A stretch of DNA of 64,000 nt. It comes from Candidatus Omnitrophota bacterium. GTDB lineage: Bacteria; Omnitrophota; Gorgyraeia; Duberdicusellales; 4484-171. Under the pieces are notes generated by a model. The model saw nothing but the letters and a program-made list of their open reading frames with translations, did not search any database and was not told the DNA's origin. The position numbers were made by a program, and so were the translations under genes. The stretch is taken from assembly GCA_021735655.1 (NCBI GenBank), contig JAIPGM010000001.1, positions 277,262 through 341,261 of the forward strand, given 5' to 3'. Below, piece by piece: positions 58,854 through 64,000 of the stretch (within the stretch, counting starts at the first letter, position 1; every line of letters starts with the position of its first letter).

Positions 58854-59998
58854 AAAAATTTGAATTGTCAGAACGGCTAAAAAAATTCCCACCGTACTTA
58901 TTTGCTGAAATTGACCGGCAAAAGTCACTTTTAAGAAAGAAGCGGGTTGAATTTATCGATCTTAGTATCGGTGATCCGGATATTGCCGCACCATTAGCCG
59001 TAATCAACAGCTTAAGCAAAGCCGCAAAAATAAAGATTAATCAGAAGTATGCTTTAGATCAAGGAAAGACCGCTTTTCGTTTGGCTATAAAAAAATGGCA
59101 GAAGAAGCGTTTTGGAGTATCAGTTGACGCTGAAAGTCAGGTGCTTCCTTTAATCGGCTCAAAAGAGGGTTTGATTCATTTTCCTTTAGCTTTTGTTAAC
59201 TCCGGTGAATATATAATTGTGCCTTCACCCGGGTATCCCGGCTATAAAAGTGCAGCTCGTTTTGTAAGCGCAAAGATTCATGAATTACCGCTCCTTGAGA
59301 AGAACAGATTTTTGCCTGAGCTCTCAAAGATTCCGCTTGGGGTGAGAAATAAAGCCAAACTTATCTATTTGAACTATCCGAATAATCCGACAACAAGCCT
59401 GGCCCCTTTAGGATTTTTAAAAGAGGTGGTAAATTTTTGTTCTAAATATGGAATAATCCTTGCTTATGATAATGCTTATTCGGAAATTTACTTTAAAGAT
59501 AAGCCGCACAGTGTATTAGAAGTTAAAGGAGCCGATGAGGTTGCCCTGGAGTTCCATTCACTATCAAAGACATATTGTGTAACCGGCTTCAGGGTTGGTT
59601 GGGCCAGCGGTAATCCCCAATTAGTTAAAGGCCTGCTTAAGGTTAAGGCTAACGTTGATTCAGGAATTTTCGGCGCAATTCAAGAGGCAGCAATAACTGC
59701 TTTAGATACCCAGAGCGGTTACGTTAATAATTTGAGAAAAACGCTTAGACAACGAAGGGATATCTTTATTGATGTTTTAGAAAAATCAGGCATTGAGCCT
59801 TGCTATTGCGACTCAACTTTTTATGTTTGGGCTAGAGTCCCGAGAAAGTTTAAGTCTTCGATAGACTTCTCTAAATACTTGCTTCAAGAAAAAAGAATTG
59901 TTGCAACTCCCGGTTTAGGATTTGGAAAGTACGGCGAAGGGTTTATTCGCTTTGCTTTAACTGTAGATAAGAACATTTTAAGAAAGGTTAGGATATAA
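58850..59998 (+). CDS. dapL: LL-diaminopimelate aminotransferase (class I aminotransferase)
   Basis: N-terminal YLFAEI..IDLSIGDPD pattern of DapL. PLP-Lys SLSKTY. Located in the dap cluster. Confidence 0.65.
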   Translation: MKKFELSERLKKFPPYLFAEIDRQKSLLRKKRVEFIDLSIGDPDIAAPLAVINSLSKAAKIKINQKYALDQGKTAFRLAIKKWQKKRFGVSVDAESQVLPLIGSKEGLIHFPLAFVNSGEYIIVPSPGYPGYKSAARFVSAKIHELPLLEKNRFLPELSKIPLGVRNKAKLIYLNYPNNPTTSLAPLGFLKEVVNFCSKYGIILAYDNAYSEIYFKDKPHSVLEVKGADEVALEFHSLSKTYCVTGFRVGWASGNPQLVKGLLKVKANVDSGIFGAIQEAAITALDTQSGYVNNLRKTLRQRRDIFIDVLEKSGIEPCYCDSTFYVWARVPRKFKSSIDFSKYLLQEKRIVATPGLGFGKYGEGFIRFALTVDKNILRKVRI

Positions 59999-60529
59999 GT
60001 GTTAAGCAAGTGTAGTTTTAAAATAATTTTGTTTTTGTTGGCGAGTAGTTTAATTGCCGGCAGTAACTTTGCTTTGGATATTGAGAGCGATGCTTTTAAG
60101 AATGGCGGTTATATTCCTGATCGCTACACCTGTGATGCCCAGGATTTTTCTCCGGTTCTTTCCTGGAGCAATGCGCCTCAAGCAACCAAGAGTTTTGCCT
60201 TAATTGTCGATGACCCCGATGCTTCGTTTAAGGTTTGGGTCCACTGGGTAATTTTTAATATACCGGCTGAGACTAGCAAGCTCAAAGAGAACATTACCAT
60301 TGATGAGCTAAGTTCTTTAGGAATAGTTCAGGGAACCAATGACTTTGAAGTTTTGGACTATCGAGGTCCTTGTCCGCCTCAAGGTAAACCCCACCGTTAT
60401 TCTTTCAAGCTCTACGCTTTAGATATGAAACTTTCGTTGGAGGAGGGAGCGACTAAAAGTGAGCTCATAAAAGCAATCCAGGGTCATATTATCGCTGAAA
60501 CTAAAATAGTCGTTTCTTATCAGCGTTAA
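59999..60529 (+). CDS. secreted PEBP-family protein (YbhB/YbcL-like)
   Basis: Signal peptide. PEBP motifs DPDAS..HWV and GPCPP..HRY. Confidence 0.7.
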   Translation: MLSKCSFKIILFLLASSLIAGSNFALDIESDAFKNGGYIPDRYTCDAQDFSPVLSWSNAPQATKSFALIVDDPDASFKVWVHWVIFNIPAETSKLKENITIDELSSLGIVQGTNDFEVLDYRGPCPPQGKPHRYSFKLYALDMKLSLEEGATKSELIKAIQGHIIAETKIVVSYQR

Positions 60530-60588
60530 TTAAAAATAGTTAAGGTAGTTTTCGTTAAATGCAGTATTCACTTTTATTGTTAAATTAA

Positions 60589-62137
<1,549 letters not shown>

Positions 62138-62159
62138 GTTGTTAACATAGTTATAATTT

Positions 62160-62236
62160 CGCGGGGTGGAGCAGCCTGGTAGCTCGCAAGGCTCATAACC
62201 TTGAGGTCTTGGGTTCAAATCCCAACCCCGCAACCA
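62160..62236 (+). tRNA. initiator tRNA-fMet (anticodon CAT), CCA encoded
   Basis: CGCGGGG..CTCATAA..TTCAAAT..CCCCGCAACCA. It has the C1:A72 mismatch and the A11:U24 pair, and is near-identical in architecture to E. coli tRNA-fMet. The anticodon stem has 2 rather than 3 consecutive G:C pairs. Confidence 0.85.
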
Positions 62237-62247
62237 TCTTTATAAAA

Positions 62248-62283
62248 GCCCAGATTAATTAATTTTAGTCTGGGTTTTTTATT
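62248..62283 (+). terminator. rho-independent terminator after the tRNA
   Basis: Stem GCCCAGA/TCTGGGT with an AT-rich loop, followed by TTTTTTATTT. Confidence 0.6.
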
Positions 62284-62377
62284 TGGGTAGAGGAAAGGGC
62301 GTTCGGATAACACTGGGATAACAAAAGTATCCTGTAGACTTTTATTCCTCGCCCCATAAAGACCCCCACCCCATCCG

Positions 62378-62417
62378 ATTTAGCCCCAGATATAGTTATA
62401 AGGGCTGTTTTTGGTGC
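62378..62417. repeat. 40-bp direct repeat, copy 1 (ATTTAGCCCCAGATATAGTTATAAGGGCTGTTTTTGGTGC)
   Basis: 38/40 identical to the copy at 63096-63135. It contains the AGCCC..GGGCT inverted pair followed by a T-run. Confidence 0.85.
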
Positions 62418-62521
62418 GTAGAGGAAATTTTAAAAAATACTCTTAGGCTATCTAAAAGGGGTATGAAATTTATTTTTTTATCTTTTTTGAGAATGGTATA
62501 ATGTTGTGTAAGGAGAACGAA

Positions 62522-63034
62522 ATGGATACAAAAGAAAAACAGAAGATACTTGAAAGGTATTTGCATATACCTGAAGAAGAGCTAAGTGAAATGCTCTTAG
62601 CTGATGAAAAGGGATATAAAGATGGCGTCTATCAGTTGCTTTTGGACGCCGCTAAGTCAAGAGGCTTTGGTGCAGGAACAAGGGAAATTCTCATTAAGGC
62701 TTCATCTTTGCAACGAGAAGTTAAAGAAAAGCTCGCTTTGCAAACATTAACTCCTACACAAAAAAGGATATTTACTATACTCCCAGGTTTTGCTATGTGG
62801 CATTATTTTTTTGCTCCAAAAGAATGTAAACAAAGAAAAAAAGATGCAATACGATGTCATTGGCGGGGATGGAGAAACTACCTACTGTTAATTTTGGCTG
62901 GTGCAGTGTGTGTAACTATCTTTTCAGGCACTCAAACGACACTAGACCAGATTATGCTTATTTTTGTACTCGTTCTTGCAACTATATGTATATCAATATA
63001 CCTACATCTACAAGAAAGAAAAAATAAGAAATGA
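62522..63034 (+). CDS. hypothetical protein with a soluble N-terminal domain and 2 C-terminal TM helices
   Basis: Extended -10 TGGTATAAT at 62494-62502; RBS AAGGAG; ATG 62522. No recognisable family. Confidence 0.4.
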   Translation: MDTKEKQKILERYLHIPEEELSEMLLADEKGYKDGVYQLLLDAAKSRGFGAGTREILIKASSLQREVKEKLALQTLTPTQKRIFTILPGFAMWHYFFAPKECKQRKKDAIRCHWRGWRNYLLLILAGAVCVTIFSGTQTTLDQIMLIFVLVLATICISIYLHLQERKNKK

Positions 63035-63095
63035 AACAGTATGCCTTATTTTTTCTCATAACTACCTTCATACTTCTCTATAAATAGGTTTTCAA

Positions 63096-63135
63096 ATTTA
63101 GCCCCAGATATAGTTATAAGGGCTGCTTTTGGTAC
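63096..63135. repeat. 40-bp direct repeat, copy 2
   Basis: ATTTAGCCCCAGATATAGTTATAAGGGCTGCTTTTGGTAC. Confidence 0.85.
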
Positions 63136-63210
63136 TTAAATCAAATTCTAGAAAGCGGGTTTATTATTTTACTTTAAAAGAAACTGGGTTGGGTGTAGAA
63201 TAAGGCTAAT

Positions 63211-63639
63211 ATGCAAGCTAAAATCAAGAAAATCATAAAGAGAGAAGGGTTAATTATCTTAGGGATTATACTCTGTGGAGTTTTTTTAGCTTATTTAGGC
63301 GGTTTCTTATCTTTTCAAAAGTCTAATTGTTCTTTTCAAAAGTCTAATTGTTATTTTTTTAATCAGAGGTATAAACAACCAGGAACATCGGATAAGTATT
63401 TGTCTAAAGAAAAAATATTAGAAGATATCCGTGGAGAATACCCTCAATATGATTCCGTAGATGATGCCATTTTCGCAAAGGTGATTGAGAATGAATTGAA
63501 GCGGTGTGGGCAGTCAGGAAAACTTAGACTATTGGTTCGGACGGCAGGGTTCTGTGGTATTTTTTTACTTTTTTTGGGTTATCCCATCTACCTATCTATC
63601 CGTTTCATTATCTGGGCAATCAAAGCCTTGAGGAAATAA
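63211..63639 (+). CDS. hypothetical small membrane protein containing an internal 7-aa tandem duplication (SFQKSNC x2)
   Basis: N- and C-terminal TM helices. RBS AAGG upstream. No family. Confidence 0.4.
   Translation: MQAKIKKIIKREGLIILGIILCGVFLAYLGGFLSFQKSNCSFQKSNCYFFNQRYKQPGTSDKYLSKEKILEDIRGEYPQYDSVDDAIFAKVIENELKRCGQSGKLRLLVRTAGFCGIFLLFLGYPIYLSIRFIIWAIKALRK
63310..63351. repeat. perfect 21-bp tandem repeat x2 (CTTTTCAAAAGTCTAATTGTT), in-frame
   Basis: Direct read. 21 bp equals 7 codons. Confidence 0.9.
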
Positions 63640-63650
63640 TAGGAGGTAAT

Positions 63651-63743
63651 ATGTTAATAAGAAAATTAATGCATTGGTATATAATTGCGGCAGCAGTAGG
63701 CACAATACTGATGCTTTTGTTATTTTTGTTTGGAGTATTATAA
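63651..63743 (+). CDS. small hydrophobic peptide ORF (30 aa, MLIRKLMHWYIIAAAVGTILMLLLFLFGVL), absent from the ORF track
   Basis: Strong RBS AGGAGGT 7 nt upstream of the ATG. Single TM helix. Confidence 0.35.
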   Translation: MLIRKLMHWYIIAAAVGTILMLLLFLFGVL

Positions 63744-63752
63744 GGGGCTAAT

Positions 63753-63833
63753 ATACAATTTAAAACCAAGAAAATCATAACAAGAGAAGGGTTAATAAGT
63801 TTAGGGTTACTCATCCTTGGTGCAGCTAATTAG
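63753..63833 (+). pseudogene. degenerate duplicate of the 5' end of gene 63211..63639 (no ATG; reads IQFKTKKIITREGLISLGLLILGAAN*)
   Basis: ~75% nucleotide identity to 63204-63262. The start codon is mutated to ATA and the reading frame is truncated after 26 codons. Confidence 0.35.
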
Positions 63834-64000
63834 ATAGCTAATTTTTGTGTTAGATGAAAAATAAAAGGAGATGATACGATAATTGTTCAATGATAGTTGG
63901 TGAAAACTCTGGATTATCAGTAGAATAAATAGATAGTCACAGAGTAGATAGGTTATAGGTTGTATTGTTTTTCTGGGGCTTAATTGACCCCGTAAAGGAG

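Noticed and set aside
62284-62377. GGATAAC direct repeat and GGATA/TATCC inverted pair downstream of the tRNA terminator, as a possible integrase arm site or sRNA.
   Set aside because: The repeats are short (5-7 bp) and could arise by chance in 64 kb. No integrase or recombinase gene is in the window. This is noted only as context for the tRNA-flank variable region.
63310-63351. Possible CRISPR-like repeat.
   Set aside because: There are only two perfect 21-bp tandem units, with no spacers and no cas genes. It is an in-frame coding tandem duplication, not a CRISPR array.
63620-63814. 64-aa minus-strand ORF at the window end.
   Set aside because: It overlaps the RBS-led 30-aa plus-strand ORF and the duplicated gene fragment. 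It has no start context and is likely a frame artefact.

Overview
The window is an AT-rich (about 35-40% GC by eye), gene-dense, almost entirely plus-strand-coded chromosomal segment from a diderm-type bacterium. The diderm call rests on LptF/LptG, LolC(F)D, MlaEFD, a WecA-type initiating transferase and an O-antigen-ligase-like protein. The three GspG-like pseudopilin paralogs and the overall style suggest a PVC/Omnitrophota-like or candidate-phylum lineage, but that is inference only.

Content, 5' to 3':
(i) 1-10.6 kb: a lipid-linked envelope glycan locus. It holds two polyprenyl-phosphate sugar synthases (GT2), a radical SAM enzyme with a Cys-rich C-terminus that is translationally coupled to the first GT2, a UPF0104 flippase-like protein, two GT4 transferases, a WecA-like transferase, a Wzy_C/O-antigen-ligase-like protein and a secreted TIM-barrel glycosidase. 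Three poly-G tracts (7-9 G) lie within this locus.
(ii) 10.6-35.7 kb: housekeeping genes in a Firmicutes-like order: lysS, lolC/lolD, ilvE, mcsA-mcsB-clpC, an unknown secreted protein, mlaEFD, radA, a yacL-like PIN/TRAM gene, ispD, ispF, cysS, tmk, holB, ricT, metG, tatD, mtnA, thiL, tsaE, tsaB, alr.
(iii) 35.7-39.9 kb, minus strand: two tandem GspG-like pseudopilin genes whose 5' ends and promoters are near-identical, then lptF/lptG and comF.
(iv) 40-47.3 kb: a multi-PAS/GAF histidine kinase, a single-domain receiver with its own promoter, VanZ, an acyl-CoA ligase, rluA, a third pseudopilin paralog, a YbgC-like thioesterase and a DUF192 protein.
(v) 47.4-60 kb: a contiguous argCJBDFGH-lysA-dapF-dapA-dapB-dapL supercluster, with a long nested palindrome in the argG-argH gap.
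(vi) PEBP, eno, ftsB and an initiator tRNA-fMet with terminator.
(vii) 62.3-64 kb: a tRNA-adjacent variable region with 40-bp direct repeats, small membrane-protein genes, a duplicated 5' gene fragment and an in-frame 21-bp tandem repeat.

No CRISPR arrays, transposases, integrases or rRNA genes were seen.
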